Positions 18,801 through 26,754 of a stretch of DNA of 64,000 nucleotides are shown here, one piece after another. Under the pieces are notes generated by a model, which ran no database searches, was not told the DNA's origin, and saw only the letters and a list, made by a program, of their open reading frames with translations. Source of the stretch: Candidatus Micrarchaeia archaeon (lineage in GTDB: Archaea > Micrarchaeota > Micrarchaeia > CAILAH01); assembly GCA_038874595.1 (NCBI GenBank), contig JAVZCB010000002.1, positions 64,001-128,000 on the forward strand, given 5' to 3'. Each line of letters begins with the position of its first letter. Positions within the stretch are counted from its first letter, which is position 1. Made by a program: the position numbers and the translations under genes.

Positions 18801-21333
18801 TAGAAATATTGTATATCACCACCCCCCTTATATGGGTGTTGTTTGATGAATTAACAACAATCGCCCTTGTTGTATTGAATATTGTACCGTTCATTATAGT
18901 AATGTTCTTCAGGCCGGGCACGACATATACACCGGTTGCCCCATCCCGAACATTATAACCATTCAAATCAAGTATGACGTTGCTTGAAGTTATTCCTATT
19001 ATTGCAAGTGTAGCACTGCCCTGCGAGTAATCCCTAGAAAGTCTAGTAACACCTGGCGAGGATATTGTCATATTGAAGCTGTTTTCATACTTGTTTACCG
19101 CAGCATAACCTGAGAATGAGGTTGCGTTGAACCTAAGTTTAGTGCTGGAGATACACTCCCTATAACCAGGTATAAATTCAATGCCTGTTGAGAGCACATC
19201 TGCTCTAGATAGCGGCAACGAAACTGGACTTCTATAAATTGTGAAGTCGTTGGGATTGGAGCATCCGCTCACTAATAATGTGACGTTTGCAGGGCCATCA
19301 AACTGTGATGCACCCCAGTGTGTACCATCCATAGATACAAAATCTGCCCCTATGAACAGGTTATCAATACCCCCGCCTCCTTGGTAGCCGAGGAATGCGT
19401 TTGTAATCTGCCTGAAGCTAAACATGATGCAGGTTGAAAGTGAATTATCATTACAAAGTGTAAGATTGGTAAAGTTCTGCGGGCGGTAGCCTGAAAAATC
19501 CCAACTGAATCCAACATACCTGGAAGTATTGTATAGGGTAATGTTATAAAACGCATTCGCATCTGGGAAAGTTGAGGGGGTTGTGTTTGAGAATTGTATT
19601 GCATACGTCCAGCTATAACCGTATGCAATGCTATGGAATATGGAGTTCGAAATAACGTTTTCTTTTGAATTGTCCTTCAATAAAATTGCGTTTACAGGGA
19701 AATATGAGATTGTATTGTTATCAAGCACACATTTGCTTGTGTTGTCAAGCATAATGCCTGTGCTGAACGGGCCGGTACTGCTAGATATTATATTATCCTT
19801 TGCAGTACTGCCATTTGATTCTACCAAGTGTATTGCATTAGTGCCTGATAGAAATATCGTGTTGTTAATGATTGTTATGTTAGGTGTTGGGGAATCACTT
19901 GGCCCTGGTGACCAAGCACGCTGTGAGCCGATAGCGTCGTACTGCGAGCCAGAGATGTAATTGCTTGAGATTAGGTTATGGCCAGAGCCATTCATTAGCA
20001 TGATACTATTGCTTCCACCAAGCAGATGGTTCCTTAAAATACGGGTGTAAATGCTGCTTGAGTCAAGCATAATATTCTGCCCGCCGTTGTTATACGCCGT
20101 GTTATTGGTAATGTTACAGTTCTTGGACCCTTTAAGATATATGCCAAACCCTGTGCTGCCTGATATGGTATTGTTTTCCAGCCGTGTGTAGTGTGATTTG
20201 AATATGCCTACACCAGTACCAAAGCCCAATATGTTGTTTATGTTGCTCACATTATTGCCTATAATTGAGTTAAGGCTGGAGGAATCCACATTTATTCCCA
20301 TACCATTTGTGCAGTGGCTGATGCTGTTATTATAGATTAGGTTATTAGATGAGCCAGAACCTATATCGATGCCGTGGCCACTGTTGTTGTATAGTGTGTT
20401 ATATGCAATGATGTTGCCAGTACTAGAGTCAAACAACCCTATGCCTTGGGCAAACCCTGAAACTGTATTGTTGTTTGAAAGGATGCGGTTGCTTGTTATG
20501 TTGCTGCTTAAAACCCCTGAGAAAATAATACCTGCATTGTTGTTGAAGCTTATAGTATTATTATGGAAAGAGCTGTAAGCGATTGTACCACCACCTATAC
20601 CATAGTTCCCGTTGTTGAATATTATGTTTTTTGAAATGTTCGCACTTGAAATTGTACCTATTTGAATACCAATATCATTATTGCCATAAATAGTATTGTT
20701 AAAAACTGTGAGGTTTATGCTGCTACCAAACGAAGCGCCTTTATCATTGTTATAAATAACATTACGAATAAGCCTGGTATTGTTTGCTGCAAAAACCTCA
20801 AACCCTGTCTCTTCATTATTGTGGATTTTGCTATCTGCAAGTGTAATGTTGTTTACAATATAGGCCATAATGCTTTTGTTGTTGCCGTATATGTCAACGT
20901 TCTGAACTGTTGTGTTGTTCAGCTTGTACATCCATATAGCAATTGGTGTTGAGGCGCCCGGTGCAGGTACGTAATTAAGGTAATCGTGTATGCTACAATT
21001 CTTGAAAGTTATATTAGTATTTATGACACTTGAACCGCCAAAAAAATCGTTCGGGTCACCTATGAAAACTGCAATTGCATCAAAAGCCCCAGTACCATCG
21101 ATTTCGTTTCCCTGGCAGTCTATTATTATATTTGAGGTATTAAAGAGCAGGCATACTGGCATTGAAGGGTGTATTATTCCATAAAGTGTGTCATTGATGC
21201 GATATTCAGTGTATGGGGTATCATATATACCGCAAGCAGATATGTTTGTGTATGCAAAAGAGACTGAGATGGCTAAAGATAAGACAGCAAAAGCTAATAC
21301 AAATAGTCTTAAGCACGTTGAGCATTCCCGCAT
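12877..21333 (-). CDS. Giant secreted right-handed beta-helix (NosD/CASH/PbH1-repeat) surface protein, 2818 aa, three modules plus two C-terminal 'GxPY' domains
   Basis: Signal peptide; hundreds of G(I)xL..S.NN.I.NN-type coils; DCxG capping motifs; HDIDTSNTINGKPIYY; duplicated C-terminal domain; no C-terminal TM. Confidence 0.85.
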   Translation of the reverse strand: MRECSTCLRLFVLAFAVLSLAISVSFAYTNISACGIYDTPYTEYRINDTLYGIIHPSMPVCLLFNTSNIIIDCQGNEIDGTGAFDAIAVFIGDPNDFFGGSSVINTNITFKNCSIHDYLNYVPAPGASTPIAIWMYKLNNTTVQNVDIYGNNKSIMAYIVNNITLADSKIHNNEETGFEVFAANNTRLIRNVIYNNDKGASFGSSINLTVFNNTIYGNNDIGIQIGTISSANISKNIIFNNGNYGIGGGTIAYSSFHNNTISFNNNAGIIFSGVLSSNITSNRILSNNNTVSGFAQGIGLFDSSTGNIIAYNTLYNNSGHGIDIGSGSSNNLIYNNSISHCTNGMGINVDSSSLNSIIGNNVSNINNILGFGTGVGIFKSHYTRLENNTISGSTGFGIYLKGSKNCNITNNTAYNNGGQNIMLDSSSIYTRILRNHLLGGSNSIMLMNGSGHNLISSNYISGSQYDAIGSQRAWSPGPSDSPTPNITIINNTIFLSGTNAIHLVESNGSTAKDNIISSSTGPFSTGIMLDNTSKCVLDNNTISYFPVNAILLKDNSKENVISNSIFHSIAYGYSWTYAIQFSNTTPSTFPDANAFYNITLYNTSRYVGFSWDFSGYRPQNFTNLTLCNDNSLSTCIMFSFRQITNAFLGYQGGGGIDNLFIGADFVSMDGTHWGASQFDGPANVTLLVSGCSNPNDFTIYRSPVSLPLSRADVLSTGIEFIPGYRECISSTKLRFNATSFSGYAAVNKYENSFNMTISSPGVTRLSRDYSQGSATLAIIGITSSNVILDLNGYNVRDGATGVYVVPGLKNITIMNGTIFNTTRAIVVNSSNNTHIRGVVIYNISTGIYLDPSYNNTIIGNMIFNGTQYGIEMDNSHNNTVANNTIFSILAGTGIYSKDGSNNTFLNNTIYNCTYGINIEYGTRDRVTLNDIYNFTNGAGIRIENSAHALVNLNRIHSFGSRGALIISTNYSAFNNNRFYNIPNICVEITQNSDHNQVSGNNFTRCDLAFISEWNINNLTLSNSNVSNCLYGIWLIDTNQSELIGTSIYNTPQGFAVNASSHINFTGSWVVNSTTAFYIYGNKTSISRDLRIRDTSVFNSYMVLNLSNATQSVLIDNLTSTNNNKSVQAVFADDLTISNSKFTLHRASTDNNVFNPLAVVRIANSTNIRIENSSFHKNNITSVLFWGTYNIRMRHVNITYSNASVAAFGDRAHIYLYPNVYNVNISYLNCSNGGIEYGGICFHNHGNVSNVWIDRSVFYNMTGGIEGRIPGSDPYGNYFIGYAEKFKVTNCSFDNLFHALYVHAHNTTLQDNNITNNFRGSGIRFKHFIMRNNKFVNNFENFGLAYDDGEVMGPIVHDYFEHDIDTSNTINGKPIYYYCSWAGNDKHNYVETNTNGGYYACIDCSNVIFENLSITSVSHVVYIGFSDNVTVRNVTGETLQGIKFFVTQNSRAYNNTFKRLNNVDPFLPILPPDYVGNMRAINLIWSKNISISNSTSDKNLQCLYMMFTNNTQVSNVSCINSVVVPSIVMFGAWNNIFDNIRLQNLTGRYPLYVYQGWGIPEGVVVIAQSKNNTFNNMNISQVNLTNRVYYISLQGSHTLVNNSRFNHTHISFSDIDVVISNTTMPSALLPFGVDHLLATPPLFLEIQNTSPTSRLNLTFYYEDTMVPPGHSEFDIRIWKYSSSAGSWQRKGFIARQELNPILNTITAYEITNFSSPFGPLAETLQCVNLSDNSTWEGRLTNISGVSPIQLMVNAPIILCKDTYHIPAFWNSTNDGYLFLFTTKSGLDCNGSTLIGNRNGTAMFVYSGVPAYIENITIRNCTFMNYRAGFEAAYPARNILILDNIFRNFTADSGKQPHGINFGEDANNYNHFNNIWIVNNTIENFRSELDDGETVSGIILGDSMNKSSGFVIANNTIRNITLDVPGPASSKVFGILMISGPSAGNLSNVTIRGNTIKDLSATASGVMVGGIVDFGTTNSTIYDNHIYNLLGRDVAGGILILGSYNNNYTDNSIQNISGGIGFTAAAIMSQNAIGNRHVRNFVYNTSKGIFVDQNSNRTLVAYNKIVNCSSSDGNGIYIRNSHYANVSSNNITRCYDGISLDQSSLNNVSWNRVVFASRGIVIGGNYNNLLYNRVYNSSVIGVYIGGIFTGTRLAHDIIQESGMMDLQVIDSPYYAICNTTLQNVTGSGNRPILFVNVPTNLANGQYSELVLCGAIRANVTNTTLRGSDTLQNNGLIILFSNHSRINASRSEGNFLGAYVYRTHYANLTNNTFGDNLYGIVMENAIANNIHIGEVYGSMASIYFNQDSDWNNISDVSMHDPALSVFPMIIFSSAGANQPEFNRLSDVLIYNASFYIGYSTTFANSNNFTNLSVCVDSSEAGCVKWGFANITYAYLTNGTNIIVDKEFVSLNSSHSGAAQLNKSATITINVSDCGPESGVGVLRAEGFPKSKAEILAAGYEYSPASQVCLTPNTMRFSVTSFSGYTESPSYTIITLVDGKQTTSFYNSGEPYNLTVRLKYFNGTGVPNSEVRIYEYNGYLPFALPQYTVSNVSNYVYAKSHTDGHGNISLTVVPTGAAEVLAEKVGAYNITVRAYKNGIHKGTVAMTVSRRNLPYANSSAVSVPNRGNVGYFNDDVYRVYSRVKEWLTLGGSGGGEKLNIIVYTNGTVVGNNYPLRAGKPYGLNVTVLNHITLVPIPNARVQVTEQNGLPPLALPQYTNTNVSNIGIGYSNTTASGSALISFVPTGSPNLEPSPLPEQYNASLQVYVGGTLVADAPLNVTSRSLSYTPSGPTVQVYNQGNIGTFNDKVYVVYTRILQWLSNH

Positions 21334-21446
21334 AATGCCTGCACCACCTTAATTATATATAATATAATTTAAATACCTGCCATATAATAAGGGCGGCTTT
21401 TAATAAGAGGATCAATACTAAAGACCAAGACGGCCAAGCATACTCA

Positions 21447-23369
21447 TTATTTAGAAATTATCCCTGCCAGTAGGTAGGACAAGGCTAATATTGCAAGAAA
21501 GGCGGCCAAGCCATAGAGTAATGGCAAATACCTGCTTTCATTGTGTTTAAGCCTTTTCTTCTTCCAGCGGTATGCCGCAAGTGCGCCAATAAGGCTCAAA
21601 AGCAAGGATAATAATAACAGGCACAGGGGCTCATAACCGTACTGAGGCTGCACCTCGGCAGGCCGCTTTGAAACGTATAATGTTATCTTGCCCGTGGATT
21701 GGAGGAGACCATACTCATAAACCTCTACTGGTATTTCATAAGAGCCAGGTGCCGTACCTTCGGGAACATATATTGTGTAATTGATGTTTGCAAACCCTCC
21801 AGCTTTTACTATCGAGGGGACCGCTGCAAGCCGGACCCAATCTTTATACGGGCCGAGCAGGACAACTGTTGCATCTGCGGAGTGCGCATTTCCAGTGTTT
21901 AATATTGTGAGCATGCTGCTGTGCGGCACGGAAGGATAGACTGACTCAACACTATCAACAACCTTCAGCACGGGTTTTCTTACTGTTAGGTATACGTTTG
22001 CTGAAAGCGGCACCCATATTGTTTTATTGTAGAGCCCTATGCATTCAAAAATCCCTTCCGTGGGCCCTTTGTAGGTTAGGGCCATCTGTGGGCTCATATC
22101 TAAGTATATCGTTGCATTTACAGGGGTGCGCGCAGAAACGTGAGATGAATTGAGAGCTACCCTTACATAGCCGGCAAGATCCGGCCCTAAATCAACACGG
22201 CAGCTCACATTATCCAGCGGAACATTTGAAAATAATGTTACGCTTGCACTGCCACCTTGGGGATAATTGTTTTCAAGGTATATATCCTCACGGGAAGGCT
22301 TAAAGAGAGGTGATGGGGGAGCAACTGGATGTGTCTTATTTGTAATGTTTATCAGACCGAACCAGCCACCACCGCCCCCCGTCACACTGAATGTTATGCT
22401 ATCATGGCCAACGTTGCCGAAGTAATCCTCCGCATAAAGAACAAGCGAATATGTGCCGGCTTTCAGAGAGGAGAGGATGTATGATGTGTCGCAGCTAGGG
22501 AGAGAATAACTTTTCCCGTTAAGTGTATACCAGCAAGATTTCACGCCATCATTATCTGTTATGAGGAAATTAAACGGAATCTGCTCACTTTGCCTGTATT
22601 TGCCGCCGTCCACTGGAGAGTATATCTTGACATATGGGGGGATTGAGTCATCCTTAACTGGGCCTATGCCATTTACAAGTATCGAGTAATTCCCGGTATA
22701 GCCGGCAAGTGTAAGCTGTGCGATTTCGCCAGGTTTTACTATTGCTGTGCTTGTTGTTGTCAAGCCATCCGATTTTACAAGGCCGACAACAAGGTAAGGA
22801 GTAACCGGGATGATTTTGTTACCGTTTATGTCTGTTGAGTTTATTACCGTCACATTAACCAGGTTGCCTGAACGGGTGACATTAACTGTGTAATTTCCGG
22901 TCAGCCAGCCCCTGTGGCGCACAAGCTTCCACCTGAAAGCAGATGAGAAATCTGAAGGCGTATCGCTGATAAGAACAAAGGGAATTGATGGGTACCACGC
23001 CTTAAAGCTTGATATCTCCAGCGGAAGGTTGACACAGAGTGTGGGCGGCACGGAAGTTACCTTAACTGAGTAATGAGTTATCTCAATATAGTGCCCATCA
23101 ATGTTTGTGCCATCAGCATATGCGAGCGTGATGTATTTGTTTTGCAGGTCAGATGCGGACGTGCTGCATACACGAAGCATCGCGTCTGGATTTGATATGC
23201 TGTTGTCCTTGTACGAAGTTGAGTTTACATCATACGTTAGGTTTAGGCTTTGCAGAGGATTATCTGCGCGCACTATAGATACTTGATAGTACTGTGCGAA
23301 TGTGCCCGCGGATAGGATTAACAAAGCGAGAACAACTATTTGCAATCCAACCCGTACGTTTGCTGACAT
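21447..23369 (-). CDS. Membrane-anchored surface protein (shared N-terminal 'B' domain, Ig-like domains, two C-terminal TM helices)
   Basis: Signal peptide; DSIPPYVKIYSP...GTYSLVLYAEDYFGN Ig-like domain; NTGN...PGSYEIPV domain; C-terminal hydrophobic pair with a KKKR stop-transfer. Confidence 0.75.
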   Translation of the reverse strand: MSANVRVGLQIVVLALLILSAGTFAQYYQVSIVRADNPLQSLNLTYDVNSTSYKDNSISNPDAMLRVCSTSASDLQNKYITLAYADGTNIDGHYIEITHYSVKVTSVPPTLCVNLPLEISSFKAWYPSIPFVLISDTPSDFSSAFRWKLVRHRGWLTGNYTVNVTRSGNLVNVTVINSTDINGNKIIPVTPYLVVGLVKSDGLTTTSTAIVKPGEIAQLTLAGYTGNYSILVNGIGPVKDDSIPPYVKIYSPVDGGKYRQSEQIPFNFLITDNDGVKSCWYTLNGKSYSLPSCDTSYILSSLKAGTYSLVLYAEDYFGNVGHDSITFSVTGGGGGWFGLINITNKTHPVAPPSPLFKPSREDIYLENNYPQGGSASVTLFSNVPLDNVSCRVDLGPDLAGYVRVALNSSHVSARTPVNATIYLDMSPQMALTYKGPTEGIFECIGLYNKTIWVPLSANVYLTVRKPVLKVVDSVESVYPSVPHSSMLTILNTGNAHSADATVVLLGPYKDWVRLAAVPSIVKAGGFANINYTIYVPEGTAPGSYEIPVEVYEYGLLQSTGKITLYVSKRPAEVQPQYGYEPLCLLLLSLLLSLIGALAAYRWKKKRLKHNESRYLPLLYGLAAFLAILALSYLLAGIISK

Positions 23370-23387
23370 CAGTACACCTTTTGCATC

Positions 23388-25091
23388 TTATGGAGCAACT
23401 AATTTTTTGGTTATGCTGAACATCTCGTACAACCAGTCAAAGACCGGCAAAACATAATCCTTAGACTGAATTTCCTTGCTGTTCACCCAGCCGGGGTCTG
23501 CGCATGATTTATCAGAGACAAGAAGAGGAACGGTTGTCGTGAACGAGCCATTGTAATATACAGTAACAGGGGTCGTAACATACATTGAGTAGTTGCCTAT
23601 CCTGGAAGATAGGATTGGGCCACGCACCGGGTCGTTGTATAGCTTGTTGCAGGTAGGTGCTATCACAAGCTTTGCATACCCGCTCGTGTTCCCAGTGATT
23701 GTGCCCCTTACAGTGCTTGAAACACCTATCAGGGTTCCTGAACTGTTCCAAATCTGTGTTGGTGTGAATGGATTAAGGCCATTGATTTCAGTTATAATAA
23801 GCACGGGGCTCGGATATATGTTGCCATCTGAGTCGTTTATATACATCGTAACATTATAAGGCCTGCCAGCATATGGGAATATGTTTGTCTTGTTGTTATC
23901 TATGAGTATGTAAAGCGTGCGCACCGGATTGACCACAAGAGTGCCTGAAACAATGTTATTCTCATCGCACTCAACAAGCACATTATTCCTGTCCGCATGC
24001 GCGGTAAAAATGTAAGAGCCGCTGCGTGCTGTGTTTGAAAAAGTGACTGAGCGGGTTGTTGAGCCGCCTGGCAGGAGGTTCTCTGTAATTATCCAGCTTG
24101 TACTGTTTACATAGCCACCAGGCCCTGTTATGTTGAGTGTCAAGTTGAAATCTGTAGTTATTGGGACATTCCCTGTGTTTGTAAGTGTGATTGTGGCAAC
24201 CGATGAGCTCCCTGAATAAATCGGGTTTGCACTGAACCCCAGCGTTGGAACGATGTTAGAACCTATGCATAGCGCAGTACCAATACCGTTAACGACGAAA
24301 TAGCGCGTGTATGCGCGCTGGTCGTTTACGGTCTCGTTGAAGCGCAGCTGGACTGGGAGTTGTGATGAGGAGTTGATTATTTTTGCATCACAGCAAGAGC
24401 TGCCATGGTCATCACTACATAACCCTACTATCAGTGCACGGCCTTTCGAAGAACTTATGCCCCAGTCAGGATCTGAAGGCGATTTAACTTGCGTGCCTGC
24501 ATCTGTCTGAAACGTAATTGCACTGATACTGCCAGTAACGTTGCCTGTTGTGTGCGAATATGTTGCTGTTGTAGAATACGTGCCGCGCAACGTGCCGTTT
24601 TTATAATCCAAGAATGCAAATGATGGGTTTGAGCCATCGATGCTGTTGGAATACAATATGTACGGCCTGCCGGGGAATGCTGAAACATATATTATAGGAG
24701 TCCTTGTGAAATCCTTGAACTGCGAGAATGCAAACTTGTCAACGGGCGTCATATAGCACGTGCCCCCAGCTGAGATTGATGCGTTTACGAGGGTTGCTGA
24801 TGACCCTGCTGTAAGGTCCTTGCTTATGGTGATATACGTGGCTGTCCCGGAAGTATTCATTGCATAAACTGCTGCAACGTACTTCTTACCTACGTCACAT
24901 ATTTTTATTGTAAAATCAGGGTTGGTTGCCGGGTCAGGCAACACATCAACATACACTTTCTGTGTGTATGATGCAGTAACGTTCCACACGTGGCCTGATG
25001 AATTTGTAATGTACGCTGCCTGTGGGAATGCCTGCGAAAGCAGCATAAAAAGGAACACTAAGACCTGCAATAAATGCAAACGACCTGACAT
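23388..25091 (-). CDS. Secreted protein: 'B' domain + CARDB-like Ig domain + 'GxPY' domain
   Basis: Signal peptide; TITLTNTGN...ADRNNVLVECDENN is CARDB-like; C-terminal AGRPYNVT...EINGLNP...IAPT. Confidence 0.75.
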   Translation of the reverse strand: MSGRLHLLQVLVFLFMLLSQAFPQAAYITNSSGHVWNVTASYTQKVYVDVLPDPATNPDFTIKICDVGKKYVAAVYAMNTSGTATYITISKDLTAGSSATLVNASISAGGTCYMTPVDKFAFSQFKDFTRTPIIYVSAFPGRPYILYSNSIDGSNPSFAFLDYKNGTLRGTYSTTATYSHTTGNVTGSISAITFQTDAGTQVKSPSDPDWGISSSKGRALIVGLCSDDHGSSCCDAKIINSSSQLPVQLRFNETVNDQRAYTRYFVVNGIGTALCIGSNIVPTLGFSANPIYSGSSSVATITLTNTGNVPITTDFNLTLNITGPGGYVNSTSWIITENLLPGGSTTRSVTFSNTARSGSYIFTAHADRNNVLVECDENNIVSGTLVVNPVRTLYILIDNNKTNIFPYAGRPYNVTMYINDSDGNIYPSPVLIITEINGLNPFTPTQIWNSSGTLIGVSSTVRGTITGNTSGYAKLVIAPTCNKLYNDPVRGPILSSRIGNYSMYVTTPVTVYYNGSFTTTVPLLVSDKSCADPGWVNSKEIQSKDYVLPVFDWLYEMFSITKKLVAP

Positions 25092-25160
25092 AACTACACC
25101 TGCTTCTACTGCACTTTTTTTGTATGTTGCACATTCTCACCAATACTTTATATTGCTTAA

Positions 25161-26747
25161 TCATATTGTTGAAATGGACGCCCCCATATTTGAAAGCACC
25201 ATATTGATGTTCTGCAGCGAAGATGCTATCAATGTTGCTGTTGCCTCATCCATATCCTCATCCATTGCCGCCGGCGGCTCAAGCTGCGTATCTACAGGAA
25301 AAGAAACCTCTGCAAACTGGACATTGCTTTTGTAAAGCCTTATTGTCAGGTTTGCGTTGTTATTATACTTTGTCGGGATTACCACGAGCAAACTTCTTGT
25401 GTCCAAAAGCTGTGCATTTGAGTAGTTCTTATCCGGCTGTTGCGGGACGACCATTATGAAGCCTGAATCCTCGCGGACAGTCATATCTGCAATAAATGGT
25501 GAACCAAGATTGTCAAGCGCTGTAACGTTGATTATATTTGGTGCGCCTGCCTTGAGTACCGGCACGGCTGTGTGAGTCCCATCCTCCGATATGTTTATTG
25601 CATGGCGTTTCATCTTACCTTCTGAAATCCACTTGGTTGCTGTCGCTGCAAGGGCGTTCATGTTCTGCACAGAGCTCTTTACCTGGCTGGAGTATTGGGG
25701 GCTTACAAGCGAGCTGCGATATGTGGGTGAAAGCGAGGCATAATCTGTTATGTTAAGCCGCTTAATGCAATAAATGGGGCTTGTAACTTCTACATATATC
25801 TCATAGCCATACGAGTCAGGTATGTTATAGCGTGTTGGTGAGACAGCATACATCGCCTGGCCGGTGCCATCTGCAACTGCATAGCCTCGCTGGATGTGTG
25901 TGTTTGCACCAAATAATGGAAGTAGAATATTACGGCCATTAACTTCAGAGAGCCGCAACTGTGCGTTTGGGATTACCGCACCGCTTCCTAAATCGCGCAC
26001 AACAACACGCAGCTCGTAAGGCACACCTGTTTTCGGGAAGTGTGTTGTATAAGTGCCGTCTATGTATGTGTCTATGACGCATTCAGGATAAACATAAAAG
26101 TAATAACTCTCGTTCCTGGGCATCATATATTGGAAATCAAAAACGGTTGTGTTGTAGCCTACCTGGGGGCCAAGCGTTACTATAAAGAGTGGCTCAACGC
26201 GCGTGCCGTTGTTGAATTTCAATATGCTCAAATTGATATTTGGGTTTAGTATTATGTAGGGGCACGGGATTACAAGGCCGCTAATATTGCAGGAGTGGTA
26301 AATGCATGCTGGGTTGCAGAAAGTATAGAGCGGGCTCTCAATGAACTTCATAAAATCTAGGCCTGCAAATGTCGTAAAGCCGGAAAACATCCCGCCATTG
26401 CCGAAATCTGCGGGTACTGGCGACTGAAAATGGCTTGGCGAGGGACGCACCGGCAAGCGGGTAAGTATTGCACTCTGGCCTGGGAAACTCCCATTGATAT
26501 ATGTTGTGTAAACTGTTGCATTTTTGGCATATACAAATCCGATCGGTTTTGAAACGTCCGGAGATACCGAAACGTTCATCCAGCCAACAACCGCTGCCCA
26601 ATGTGAAGTTGGCATATTAACTGATAGGTTTGAGCTGGAGATGTTACCGCCGCGCGTAACCATGCTGCCTGCGTGAGCCGCGTGCGCTGCAAGGATTATT
26701 AAAATGAATAAAAATAGAAAAGATGGGCACTGCGACGCAACCATCAT
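25161..26747 (-). CDS. Secreted adaptor-like protein: pilin-like 'A' domain + two 'GxPY' domains
   Basis: Start MMVASQ just after the upstream stop; signal peptide ending AHA; GGNISSSNLS...HWAAVVG...YYFYVYPE; then TGVPYEL...EVNG...VSPT and AGAPNII...EDSG...VIPT. Confidence 0.75.
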   Translation of the reverse strand: MMVASQCPSFLFLFILIILAAHAAHAGSMVTRGGNISSSNLSVNMPTSHWAAVVGWMNVSVSPDVSKPIGFVYAKNATVYTTYINGSFPGQSAILTRLPVRPSPSHFQSPVPADFGNGGMFSGFTTFAGLDFMKFIESPLYTFCNPACIYHSCNISGLVIPCPYIILNPNINLSILKFNNGTRVEPLFIVTLGPQVGYNTTVFDFQYMMPRNESYYFYVYPECVIDTYIDGTYTTHFPKTGVPYELRVVVRDLGSGAVIPNAQLRLSEVNGRNILLPLFGANTHIQRGYAVADGTGQAMYAVSPTRYNIPDSYGYEIYVEVTSPIYCIKRLNITDYASLSPTYRSSLVSPQYSSQVKSSVQNMNALAATATKWISEGKMKRHAINISEDGTHTAVPVLKAGAPNIINVTALDNLGSPFIADMTVREDSGFIMVVPQQPDKNYSNAQLLDTRSLLVVIPTKYNNNANLTIRLYKSNVQFAEVSFPVDTQLEPPAAMDEDMDEATATLIASSLQNINMVLSNMGASISTI

Positions 26748-26754
26748 CTTAGAA

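Noticed and set aside
12877-21333. Calling the beta-helix giants NosD copper proteins or pectate lyases
   Set aside because: Only the generic coil pattern matches. There are no nos genes, and catalytic residues cannot be established by eye.
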